64,000 nt of DNA from an uncultured Planctomycetia bacterium (GTDB lineage: Bacteria; Omnitrophota; Gorgyraeia; Tantalellales; Tantalellaceae). Under the pieces are notes generated by a model. That model saw nothing but the letters and a program-made list of their open reading frames with translations, did no database searches and was not told the DNA's origin. The DNA is taken from contig CAYPCX010000002.1 in NCBI GenBank assembly GCA_964409365.1, forward strand, positions 32,984 through 96,983. Direction: 5' to 3'. Position 1 is the stretch's first letter, and each line of letters starts with the position of its first letter. Both the position numbers and the translations under genes were made by a program. Below, one piece after another: positions 1 to 13,100 of the stretch.

Positions 1-3000
1 CTTACCGCGGGCACCCATACCGTGGAGGTCGCCTGGGATAACAGGCATCTGCTTTCGGCGGACAACGAAATAACACTGGAGGGCCTGTATGTAAGGGACG
101 AAAGGGTGGACACGCTTTGCGATCTCGATTCGGACGGAGCGGTCACCGTTAGTGACCTGGTCCTGATGGACAGGGAAAGCCCCGCGGAGGAAGATTCCTT
201 TGAAATAACAGTAGGGACCGTGAGCACGACCACCTATTACGTGACGCGCCTCGCCGACGGACGGTACACGTTCCTCGACGATGATCCGGTCCCCGAGAAC
301 AAACTCCACTATGTCTCTGATGCGTCCGGCAGGACGGTGGAGCTGCATGACGGCAAATACGTGATCCGCCTGGACAGCTCGACCGGCGAGCTCCTCGTTT
401 CAGAACACGTGGCAGCGGACCTTAACATGGATTCCTTTGTGGATCATGCGGATGTCACGGAACTCGTGGATTCCATGGAACTTTATTCCAGGCTGAAATT
501 CGCTGTCGATTTCTCTGGCGCGGCCAGCGCGTGGGACGTCGGCATGGAAGATGGCTCCGTATCCATCACGAAAGACGATTGCCTGGCAGGGAGCCACAAC
601 GGCCGCCTTGAATATGAGTTCGCGGTGACCGAAGGAGCCGATTATATTCTGGGGATCTCGGCGAGGGATCTTGTCGCCGATAACGATGGATACAGGTTCG
701 ATATAGCGGTAACTGTGGACGGCGAGAAGAAGGGGTACCTGAGGATCGAGCAGGACACGCTCCAGTCACAGACGGACGAGATCCTGCTCACGGAGCTGGA
801 TGCCGGCATGCATACTATCGAGTTGGAGTGGACGAACGCGGCGGAACTGGGCGATACGGAGCTCGCGGAGCTTTCAGTGGAGAACGTGTACCTGCGCGAC
901 AGCAGGGCATCCGTTTCGTGCGACCTGAACGGCGACGGTATAGTGGACGGCGCCGATTCCGAAGCTTGGCAGAAAGCAAGGCCCGCTACCGCGGATACCC
1001 GTAAGGTCGTCATGGAGAAAGCCGACGGCAGTACCGAGACGTATTCGGTATTCCTTAACTTCGACGGCACGTTCAAGGTCATAGACGAATCCGGCATTAT
1101 TTATACTATAGATGAGGCCGTGCCTTATTTTATACCGGGCGAGGCTTTTGCCTATACGCTTGCGGATACGGGTCCTGAAGGCGTGGAGGTAAGGGAATAC
1201 GTTCTTGATCTTGAGGGAACGTGCGAAGTGGCGCTGGATGAGACGACCGGCCAGGTATCGATCCGCGAGCGGACCCGGTCGAACGTGAATAAAGACGGGG
1301 AAGTCGACATTACGGATCTCGGGAAGGTGCTCGAGGAGGCCGGAAAAGCTCAAGTCGTGCGTGAGGCTTCCAGATACGTCGAGCTTGGCAATGATTTTAC
1401 GGCACTTTCCGACGGCCGCATCTATACGACCACTCCCGGTGAAGGTGACGACCTGTCGGTGATCTATGACACGGCGGGACTCGCCGCGGGCACCTATGAA
1501 GTAGAACTCTTCCTGGATCCCATCCTGGACGAAACGAACGGCACGATGATACCGTACGGGTTCACGTATGAGTTCGATGTATATAGCGGCAAAGAACAAA
1601 CACAAGGCGCGTTCCTCGGAACCATAGAAGTATCGCCGTTCACGGTCTATGTCGTTGAGGAAGATGAAAGGTCTTTCCTCTCCGGCAAGCTGACGTGCAG
1701 TGTCGATGAGCCGCTTGAGAATATCACCCTTGTTTGCCGACAGTACGTGAATGATATCACTATAAGCCTGCAGAGTGTAGCGGTAAGACGGGCCGATATA
1801 GACCTTGCCGCCGATCTTACCCTGGACGGGATAGTGGATGAAGAAGACATCTTGAAGTGGCATGACCTGGCGCCGAGCGAGAAGGATATCCGCAGGATAG
1901 CGGCGGGGGCCAAGACGTACGTGGTGATAGATAAAGAGAACACGGGCGAGTATATCTTCATCGATGAGGATACGCTCGAAGACGAGGAACCTGTCACGGT
2001 CCATTCCGGATCCGGCGGTAAGCTCGTGGAGCTTGAAGGGATCGAATATGTAGTAACGGAGAACCTTGGAGGCGAGCTGCTTCTCGTGGAGCGCCGCGTT
2101 TCCGACGTGGACATGGACGGTCTTATCACGCAGTATGATGCGACTTTGATGAGGGTGAACAATTTCACCTTCAGCGAAAGAAGGGCCGGTGATGGGTACT
2201 ACACCACGGAAGGGCTTTCGTGGCAGATCGTGGGAGACGGTACGATCTCCAACGTCAATGACGACGAAAGCGCGACTTATAAGTTCGAGCTTCCATCAAC
2301 CGGCCTTTACGATTTTGAAGCGGGCATCCGGGGAGTGGTTGCCGGCCACAGGTTCCTGGTGAGAGTTTTCGACAACGCGGTCTACCTCGGGGATATGGTC
2401 ATTGACATAGAAAGCACTTCAAGCGGGAATGTCGGCGTGCTGGGCGGCATCCAGCTCGGAGCGGGAATTCACGAAATACGGCTTGTCTGGGGCAACGACG
2501 ATGATTTTGAGGATACCGAGACGATAACGATAGAAGATGTAGTCGTGCGCAATACCCGTGAAGACCTGAGGTGCGATATCAACGACGACCGCGTCGTTGA
2601 CGAGGAAGATGTTATCGCCTGGTACGATTCGGCGCTCAGGGAAGGATATGTGAGGAAGGTCCCGATCGTTATAGGGATCACGCCGCATGACTTCCTCGTA
2701 GCTTACTGCGGCGACGGGATCGTAACGGTATATGAAGTGGGTCACGATCCGGTGGTGAGCCATGAAGGCATAGTCGAGCTGTACGGTGAGGAGTTCATGG
2801 CCCTCCCGGCGGATAACGGTGAAGTGGAACTTGCAAGGCGCGAAGCGACAGATACCAACGCCGACGGGACGGTCGATACTTTTGACCTGGCGGAGATCCT
2901 GGAAAGAACAGGGCTTACTTCGGGAGATGACGATTACAGCGGCCGTTTTGACCTGGACGGGGACCTTGACATAGACAGGGACGATATGATCGCCTGGCAG

Positions 3001-4100
3001 AACCTTACGCCGGACACTGCCGGGACCAGTGAGCTGGAGGTCGAGATAGACGGCACGCCGTATGCCTACGGAGTGGTGGAACACGCGGACGGCAGTTTTA
3101 TATTCTATGATCGCGATACCTGCGCTTTCGTGGCGGAAGCCCTGGAAAAGTCGGTCACTCTTGAAGGCAAGGATTTCATCATTCTTACCAGCATCGCGGG
3201 CGGGTTCTCTATAGTGGAAGCCAAGGCGCAGGATATAAACCTTGACGGGACCGTGGATGGAAGGGACAAGGATATCATCCTTTCCAACCTCGGCCTGGAA
3301 GAGGTCGGCGAGCTTTACCGCGCCGATCTCAATAGCGACAATGTCATAGACAGGGAAGACCTCCTCGTGTTCAACGAGCTGGTCCCGGTAGTCGACCGGA
3401 TGCAGCTTGTGAACATGAACGGCGAGGATTTCTATGCCGAATATAATGAGGACGGTAGATTCACTGTGAAGGAGACGGATCTTTCCGAGACTTATACCAG
3501 TGACGAAGATGGTCTTGTCACGATTGGGACCCGGGAATATTTATTCATGACGGTGAGCGGCAGGATAACGGCCGGCGAGGTCTACAGGTGCGATGCCGAT
3601 GCCAACAATATCCTTAACAGCATGGATACGAATACTGTCACGTACGCTTTGGGGTCAGGTCATATCGAACCGGTGGTCATAGGCGAGTGGACGACAGAAT
3701 TTTCAGGGGAGTTCGCCTTTGATATAGACGCCAGTACCTCGGGTTATTACAACGTGGGGCTTGAAATAGCCGCCATGGAAGTGGAAGAAGGGGAAGAGGC
3801 GGAATTCATACCCATGGCCGTCAAGGCCACCCTGGTGCCTTCCGTCGGCGAGGAAAAACTCCTCGGGTATTTTGACGTTCTCCCGAGAGCGGACGCCTCC
3901 GCGCAGGGCAAACTAAGCATCGCGCAGGGCATGTTCACCACCGGCACACAGACGGTAAGGTTCGAATGGACCAATGCCGCGCATATGGACCCGGTGAAGA
4001 TCGAGAAGGTCTTCGTGGAGGATTCAAGATACGCTATAGGCGCGGATCTCAACCAGGACGGTTTCGTGAACGAGGTAGACCAGAGGATACTCCAGACAGA
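1..4100 (+). repeat. Array of dockerin-like loop pairs alternating with CBM6/35-like sandwiches and beta-hairpin linkers
   Basis: Loops DLDSDGAVTVSD (121), DLNMDSFVDHAD (418), DLNGDGIVDGAD (922), NVNKDGEVDITD (1282), DLTLDGIVDEED (1813), DVDMDGLITQYD (2104), DINDDRVVDEED (2575), DTNADGTVDTFD (2851), DLDGDLDIDRDD (2950), DINLDGTVDGRD (3232), DLNSDNVIDRED (3325), DLNQDGFVNEVD (4045). Sandwiches end in LxAGxHxIxLxWxN. Confidence 0.85.
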
Positions 4101-7100
4101 GAGAACCGCCTCATCCGGCGGGATAGTGGACCTCTATGATCCGACCGTGTCAGATCCCGGTCCGGACGATAAGAACGAATATACGGTGACGACGGATACG
4201 AGAACAGGATCAAGCGGGGATTATACTACCTATATATTCACTGAAGGCGTCTTTTCGACCGAGTCGGATGAGTACGGCCGGGTAACGCTCGGCGCCGGAA
4301 ATTACGAATTCCTCGTGATCGAAAAAGACGGGGAAGTTATCCTTACAAGGCAAACGAGGGAATTCCTCGCCGAGGAAGACGCGCTTGTCTTTGCCTGCGG
4401 GAAGGCCTATCTCTACGATGACGAGACCGGGGTGTTCACCGATGTCGAGACGCCCGGCGATACAAGAGAGGTCACTGACGGCATCGTCGAGCTGGGAGAC
4501 GCTCATATCAAGTATTACGTTATCGAGGAAGCCGGCCAGGTAGTACTCAAAGAGGTCCAGGATACCGGCGCCGTAACGGCGAATGATATCATCCGCATAG
4601 AGGACAGCACGGATTACTTTGAAGATGCCGGCAGTCTCACGATAGGCGGGACCTACACCACGCCGGGTTCGGTGGTCTATGACGTGAGCGAGACGGCGGA
4701 GGGCCAGATAGTGCTGTCGCTGCACGTCGACCGGCACGGGCCCGAAGAGGACAGGTACCTGTTGGTCGAAGGGGAGATCTATCTTGTAGAAGGGAGTGCC
4801 GGAGCATACACTATTACCGCTATTACAGGGGGCCCGGATCCGGTCGTGGATAATGATGCTTCCAAGGTCGCCATAGGCAGCGAAGAATATGACATAGAAA
4901 AACTGGACGCCCAGCGCATCAAACTGACAAGAAGGGTCGACGCGGCAAGGTCCATAGCAGGGCGCATTATAAAGGTGGGCGAGGCGTTGTACACGATAGC
5001 CGCGACCACCGGCGGGGAACATGACTTCGTGAACTTGATGAACAGCTCCGATTTCACCACGAGCGTCCAGCACGAGGTCATGCTCGGCGGGACGATCTAT
5101 CTCGTGGAAAAGGGCGCGGAAGGCGAGCTGGTACTCCGACGGAAGTTCGATTCCGCGGTCGAGGAGGAAGACGCGCGGCTTGTAAGATTCGAGGATCACA
5201 CCTACGAGATCCAGGGTGTTGAAGGAGATTATACGGCCGTTGCCATCCAGGGAGGCGCTTACACCGTCGAGGTGAACAATATCGACAACACCGTGACCTT
5301 TGAGGACGAGACGGAGACCCTCCATGAATTCAGGATAGTGAAGCTCGAGGGAGAAGAAAAACTGGCCCTGGTCGAGGTATCCGCCGAAGCCGCCTCAGAG
5401 GATGCGCGCCTGGTGGATATAGACGGCGAGTATTACCTCTTGGATGAGACGCTCCCCGGAGAGTACACCATATCGGCATACAGCCACGGGGCGCTTGAAC
5501 CCGCGGAAGAGAACGGCCTCTTCATAATAGGAGAAGGTTCCTATGCGACCAGTGTCGATGAGGGCAAGATCATTTTGATAGAAGTGCCGAATGAGGTGGA
5601 AAAGGATGCTGACGCTTTCGTCGTCATCGAGGGTGGTGTCTATACCACGGAAGTGGACGGAGGCGGGGATTTCTCGCTCACGTTCATCGCGGGCGTCGAT
5701 AAGTCACCTGTTATAGATAACGAATACAGCACGGTAACGATGGATTCCGGCGCCGGGAACGTATACAGGATATGGGAAGATCCGGTGACGCTCGAGATAA
5801 ACCTGGAACCATACGTGACATCGAGCACGCCCGAGGAAGAGGAAATAGTCGCCGCCAGTTACGGCGAAGGATATACCGCGCTTTACAAAGCCGAGTTCTC
5901 GACGAACGGCGACGTCCTGTCGTTCGCTCCGGTAATGACCACGGAGGCCACTACCGTCACGTCCGTGCCGGACCTTTCGGTGGAATTCGAGACCCAGATG
6001 GCAACGATGACGGTCGACGGCACGGAGATCCTGTACGAGATAACGGTGGACGGCGCCTCGGGAGCGGTCACCCTCTCCATGGAACCCGAAAGAAGCACTA
6101 CGACGTATAACCAGAGGATAGAACTGGAGGGCGTGGTCTACGATGTCATCAAGGAAGTCGACGGATACACCATGATCTCGGGAGACAACGTATACACGAC
6201 CGGTTCCTACACCGCGATCACCGTTCTCGGCAAGGATTACGACATATTCACCGATCCGGACACGGAAGATATACGCCTGAGTGAGAAACCGGAAGAAGCG
6301 AGTTCCCAAGTCGGCGAGGTAATGTCGAGCGAGATTACAATAGGAAGCGTCTATACCACTGATACCGACAGCATAACTATAGGGGAAGAGACGTTCACTG
6401 TCGCCCCGGTAAATTTTGGAGCGCTTTCGGCCGAACATACCACCCAGCTCACCCAGAGTATAGGGGATTACGGCTCCGGGCGGGTCAGGGTGGCACTGGA
6501 CAGTTTCGGCAATATTTTTGAATACCTGGACGAGGATCACGACGAGATGGGCCGCGGCCGCGAAACACTGGTCTATCATAAAGAAACGGATACCTATGTT
6601 ACCTACGCCTGGGACGCCGCCCAGGTAACGGTTGACGTGTATTCCGGGGAATACACGAATCAGGGCGAGGACCTCCTGGTGGACGTCACATTGACGGAGC
6701 GGAGGGCGACATACGTCTATGATGGCACATACACGACCAACCTCGACCCTGCCACGAACGGCTGGGTGATAAGGACAGCTGCCGCTTATTCAACGAACGG
6801 CGTGTATACCACACTGGCCCGTGAATATGACGGGACAGGACGTCTCGCGAAAGAGACCAGGCCCGACGAAGACAGGTATTATCTATATCAGTATCACGCT
6901 TCACCAAATGAGTCGGTCGTAAGCGTGATGGAAGAGTATGAGCTCAGCACGGATGAGCTGGTAAGAGAAGAGGAATACCTGACAACGGGTCGGATGACCA
7001 CCAGCACGGCGGGCGGGTTGACCGCGGGATACTATACCACCGGAGCTGGAGCGCTTATCAGGAAGGGTATTTATACCACCGGTGACGTCCGCGAATTCCT

Positions 7101-10100
7101 GGAAGAGGATTTTGAGACAAGCTCATCCGGCAGGACGGTCCTGGAATATGACGCCGAATACACTACTTACAGGACATATGAGTGGTCTGGCGATACGGTC
7201 AAGGTAGAGGTGTTCGCCGGGGAATATACCACCGGCCTGTGGGATGAGCTCTGGAACGACGTCGACGAGGCCGAACGTATGACCACGTACATATATGAAC
7301 ACAACAGTAACCAGACGGATACGGACTTGGATACCAACGGCTGGGTCATAGTGAAAGAGGTCGTTTATGACGCCGACGGCAGCACCGTAATGGAATCAAA
7401 GACATTTGACGCGGAAGGGCGCCTTGCCAGGGAAGAGGAAATAGCCGGGGCCCTTTACACGACCTATTCGTATCACCCGACCGGCGGTTACACCACGAGC
7501 AAGAGGGAATACGACAGCGAAACAGGGTTCATCAACAAGTTCTTCCAGTATGACGACCAGGGCCAGATGATCGGTGACTACACGTCCCTGGCCCAGGCGG
7601 ATTACACCAATTACGCGGGATCCGGCAGGCTCATGAGGAGAGTAGTGGATTATGGGGCCATATACGAGTATTACGACGAGGACCATGATGAACTCGGGTT
7701 CGGCAGGGTGATGATCGCGTTCGATCCGGATACGGACACGTACAGGAAGTACAGCTGGAGCACGGACCTTGTCGTGGTGGACGTATACAGCGGGGAATAC
7801 ACCGTTCAGCCGGGAGACGCCGCGGGAGCGGGTATCGTCCTGTCCGAGCGCGTCGCCACATACACCTATTACCATGACCAGGAGAATATCAACCTCGATC
7901 CGGACTCCAATGGCTGGACATTGAAGAGCGCGACGGAATACCAGGCCGGCGGCGTGAGCCTCCAGGCGAAACAGGTCTATGACGCCGAAGGCAGGCTGAC
8001 AGGTCGCGAAGACCTTGCCGCGGGCAAAAAGTACAGCTACGAATATCATACCGAAAGCACGGGCCTGGGGCACACGATCTCGTCCATTAAAGAAAGGTAT
8101 ATTGTTACCGATATCCTTACCGACACGTTCGAGTATAGCGCCTCCGGTAAACTGACGATCCATACGGAAGCCGGTACGGGTGAAGTGGCCGAATATCATC
8201 CGGGATCGGGATTCCTCAAGAGAGAGACTTCGGACGGCAAGGTCTTTGAGTATCTCGAGGAAGATCACGACTCTCAGGGTTACGGGAGGGTGACACTTGT
8301 CTATGATATTGCCGGCGAGACCTATTCCACCTATGACTGGGACGCTGAAACGGTGACGGTAACGGTTTATACGGGCGTATATACGGTCGAAGCGGGAGAC
8401 GGATCGAGGGCCGGCGTGGTAGGATCGCAGAAGGCCGAGCAAAAAGTGTTCGACCACAACGGAGAAATGGTAGACCTTAACGTCCTGAGCAACGGGTGGG
8501 AGCTTGAGGAGAAGACGGCAGAGAACGAGAACGGCTACGCGGTAACTTATTTCTATGACGCGGAAGGAAGGATCGCGAAGAAAGAGATGCTGGACCTCGC
8601 CAGCGGCGCGTATTCCACATACGTCTATCTGTATCACGGATCTCCCGATGAGGTAATGGTGGACTCGGAATACGAGTTCACGTCCATGGAACCGCCGGTC
8701 CTGGAATGTGTCCGCGAATACAGTAACGAAAGAACGTTCATCTTCACCAATGATTCAACGGGTGAGGCGTACACGAGCACGTTCGATAATATGCTTAACA
8801 TAGAGGGCATGCTGTATGACCTGGCGTTCGATGCCGCCAGCGGCATGCTCGAGGTCCGGGAGAAGGGTATCGAGGTCAACGACAGGACATATGAATATGT
8901 TTTTAACGGCGATGACGAGACCTACGTATTCACCGATATCGAAGAAGGCACTTCATACGTGAGCACTGTCTTTACGACCGCGGCCGATTGTTTCGTGAAC
9001 CTGGCGGACAGCCTTTTCATCATAGAAAGAAATGAAGACATGACGATAGGCCTCAGGGAAAGGACGGTGTCACTGGGTGCGGCTGATTATAATATTTCAC
9101 GGAAAGCCAACGGCGATTACGTTTTCGAGGACAGGGTGGACGGGACGAGGTATACAAGCATCGACGTGGACGGCACGGTGGTCGTCGTGATCGGAGGGAC
9201 CATGTTCGAGGTGCTGACCGATGAGGAAGGCGCCGTGAGCATCAGGCAGCTCCCCAAGGCTGATATAAACGCGGACGGGCTTGTGAACGAAGACGACAGC
9301 GCCGCGCTTTCCGAGATCATTGCGCTGCAGGAGATGATAGATAAGGCCGACATGAGCGGGGACGAGGAAGTGGATTTCGAGGACTGGTCAAGGCTTAATA
9401 CGGTCATAGATGTTTACGAGAACCAGGACGAGATGCTCGAGATCGACCTGGCCAATAAAGAGCTCCTGCAGGACATGGCCAATTATGCCTATAACTCTTA
9501 CCTGCAGAACAAGGCCCTCGAGTTCGATTACAGGGTGAACGAGAGTGACACCAGCTGGCTTAAACAGGTCTATCCGCTGCACGGGGGCGATTTCACCACG
9601 ACCTATCTGGACTACGTGAATAACGGTTATATAGAAGCGCAGGATGTCCAGGACTTCCAGGAAGCCCTGAACTCGCTTGACGTGCTGTTCGATTTCACGC
9701 AGGACGGCGTAACGGACGAAGAGGATATCCAGTGGCTCGAGCTCCTCCTCGAGCTGAAAGATGAGTTTTACGCCTATGAAGCCAAGAACAGCGTTACGAA
9801 CGCCGCCATGTTCCTGCAGAACGCCATGGACGCGGCGGACATAAACAGTGACGGCAGGGTAGATGAAAAAGACCAGGCCATAATACTTAACAGTTACGAT
9901 AATTATCTCCAGAACGACCTTTCCGGTGACGGCGTGGTGAACACGACGGATGTGGACCTGGTCCGCGCGCTGTACGAGACCATATGGCCGGGCGCGTATG
10001 ACGAGAGCGCGCCGCTTATGTGGCCGGATTCGACCTCGCGCAGCGGGGAATCGGTCCTCGCGCGCAGGATCTACGCGTCGAGCTGCCAGATGGACGGTTT

Positions 10101-13100
10101 CACCGGGTCCGTGGACAGGAAAGCGGCCCAGGCAGATACGGAAGGCGCTTCGTTAACGTATACGTTCGAGCTGGAAGATACCGATGATTATTTCGTGGGG
10201 CTCTCGGCGAGGAACATAGAGGGCCAGGCCCTGGACGAAGATTTCAGGTATCTGGTCTGGATATACGTTGATGACGTATTTATCGAATCGCTTCTCGTGG
10301 ACTCCTCATCCGACAGGTACGCGGAGAATTCGGTATCCATACCTTTTACCAAAGGCACGCACGAAGTGAAGTTCGTCTTCAAGAACACCTCGGGTATAAG
10401 GCCGGTAGAGGCAAGGGACATTTACGTGAACCGTTCCGGCTTCCAGCTTACCAATTTCGATACCGACCGTGACGGGGAGATAACCGAGCATGACGCGGAG
10501 ACGCTCGAAGCGCTCATTGATACCTATGACATCAGCGGTGATGATGTCGTGGACGATATCGATGTGGATTATGTCAGGGGGCTTGAAGGCAAGACCGATC
10601 TGGACGCAGGGTTCGACGACAGGGTGGATTTCAATAACGATAATGTCATAGACGCGAAAGATACCGCGATCATGGAAGAGGTCATAGACGAGAACGATAC
10701 CAGCAATGATGGCAAGCTCGGCAACAACCTCGACCCGCAGTTCAACGACGTGGACAGGATCCGCGACATAGCCCTTTACTATATGACGGAGAAAGCGTAC
10801 GAGAAGATCTCGGGCAAGTATCTCCTGGACTTCAACGGTGACAGCGAGATAGACCTTCAGGATGCCGATTATTACGTGGACGCGCTGAGCGTCCTGGACC
10901 TCACCGGCGACGGTTACATAACCGACGCGGACAGCGTCATGCTGGGCAAGATAATCACCATGTTCGAGTATGATATCTCCGAGGACGAAGTGGAAAGGGC
11001 CGACATCACCGGCGAGATCACCTTCACCGTCACCGATGGGACAAGCCGGACGGCGATAAACCGCGGCGATGACCTGGTAATAGACGGTATCGATTTCATG
11101 AGCCTGTTCGACGCGGATGAACGCACAGTGGATATTATCGAGACGTTCGACGAAAGCCGGATAACCGACGGTACGGCTGTGAGCCTTAACGGCGAGATCT
11201 ATCTCATCATGGAGGACGAACAGACCGGTCTATTTACGGTAACCGATGGCGAGAAAGAGTACGTCGCGGACGAAGAAGGAGAATTTGAGATAGGGATGCG
11301 CACGTACGTTGTAGGAAGAGACCCGGCAACGCAGGTCGCTTACATCGCGCTTAAAGAGATACGCAGCATACCGGTGGGCAAATACGCGATCGAAGTGGAA
11401 GGCAAAGAATACGTGGTCTCGGCGGACAGCAAACAGGGCGAGTTCATCTTCGATGACGGCCTCAGGCAGTACGCCTCGAATCCCGCGACGGGCAAGGTAA
11501 GGCTGAACGGCCTGTTGTACTCGATAACAGAGGATGAAGAAAATGATACTATTACGCTGGCCAGGGAAGATATTGCCGGCGTTATCAACGGAGGCGTGTG
11601 CGCCGTGGACGGCCAGGAATATCTCTACAGTTTTGATACTACCACTAACGCGCACGTATTCACGGCGGAGGACGGACGCCTGTTCAGAAGCGAAACGGGC
11701 AGCGATGTAGTCCTCCTGGACGGCGTGGCGTTCGAAGTGAACGGGGCGAAGACGGCCCTGACCGAACTCTTTTCCACCGGGAAGATCGCCGACGGCGCCG
11801 TGAAGGTCGGCGCCATAGAATACCTGATCGTCAAGAACGCCGACAATACCTATACCGTAACGGACGGCGCGAAGACTTTTCTGAGCGACGCGCCCGGCGA
11901 AGAAGTAGTGATAGAGGGGTACGCGTATATCATCCTGGAAGACGCCGGGACGGGCCAGATATCGCTCGAGGCGAAAGGCAAAGAGAGCACCGCGCTCGCG
12001 GACGAGGTAATAGAGGTAGTGGAAGAATACCAGGGCATCAGGACCAGGGGAACGCAGTACAGCGTGACTAGAAATGCACAAGGCCGGTACGAGTTCTCCT
12101 GCGCTTCCAGGACGTATACGAGCTTCAACGAAAGTGGAACGGAGTATATAGACCTGAAAGAGTACCGCTACGTGGTCACTGAGGATGCTTCGGGAGACGT
12201 CCAGCTCGAGTATATCAAGCCCACCCTTGACGGGACTCCGGTAGCTACTTCACTCGAAATGGTCGCCAAGAAGGTAGCCGACGAACTTATCGCCATTGAC
12301 GGAACGGAATACATGATAAAGGTGACCGGTACGAGCGGCGGTTACACGACATACGCGGTCACCAGGGGAGACTGGAGCGGCGAGTTCACCACCACAGCGG
12401 TAATAAACGGAATAAATTATAATATCCAGGAGACCGACGGGAGTATCAAGCTTGTCCTTGAGGCCCCCGAAGTGGACCCGGCATACCTGGCGCTCGAGGT
12501 GCTCAAGCTCGAGAATGGGACCACCTGTTACGTGACGTACGACGGCGCCTACAGCGCACTGGACGCGCCGGACGGGATGCCGCTGGATATGAGCGGATAC
12601 ACGGCAGCGGCCCTTTCCGACGGGAGCGCGAGGGTCCTTTATGTCAAGGATAAGATAGCGGCGGGATATACCACCGAGAGTTCCGCCAACAGCGTAGTCT
12701 CTGTGGGAGGAAGAATATTCGACATATTTACGGACGCCGATGAAAGTATAGACCTCCTGTTGAATGGATGCACCTATGCGGAAGGCATGGGCGTCTATTC
12801 GACCGTCGAGATAGACGGCATCGAGTACGAACTTGTCGAGGGTGCCGAGGGCGAGCTCGCGCTTGTTTCCGTTACGATGAGCTCTTATGATCTCGGCGCG
12901 CAGTGTATCCTGCTTGGAGGAGACCTGTACGCCGTTACGAGGGACGCCGGGACGGGAAATTTCACGGTAGATAACGGTATCGATTCTTACATCAGCCACA
13001 GGCTTAAAGTTCTCGCGGCCAGCGGCGAGCTGGACGGCGAGCCCACGTATTCCGGCGCGGCGCGTACGAACCTGATCAATATCTCCGGCAACACGTACGC

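Noticed and set aside
6450-8730. Rhs polymorphic toxin
   Set aside because: There is no Rhs core DPxG terminus, C-terminal toxin or immunity gene, and the frame continues into stalk repeats.
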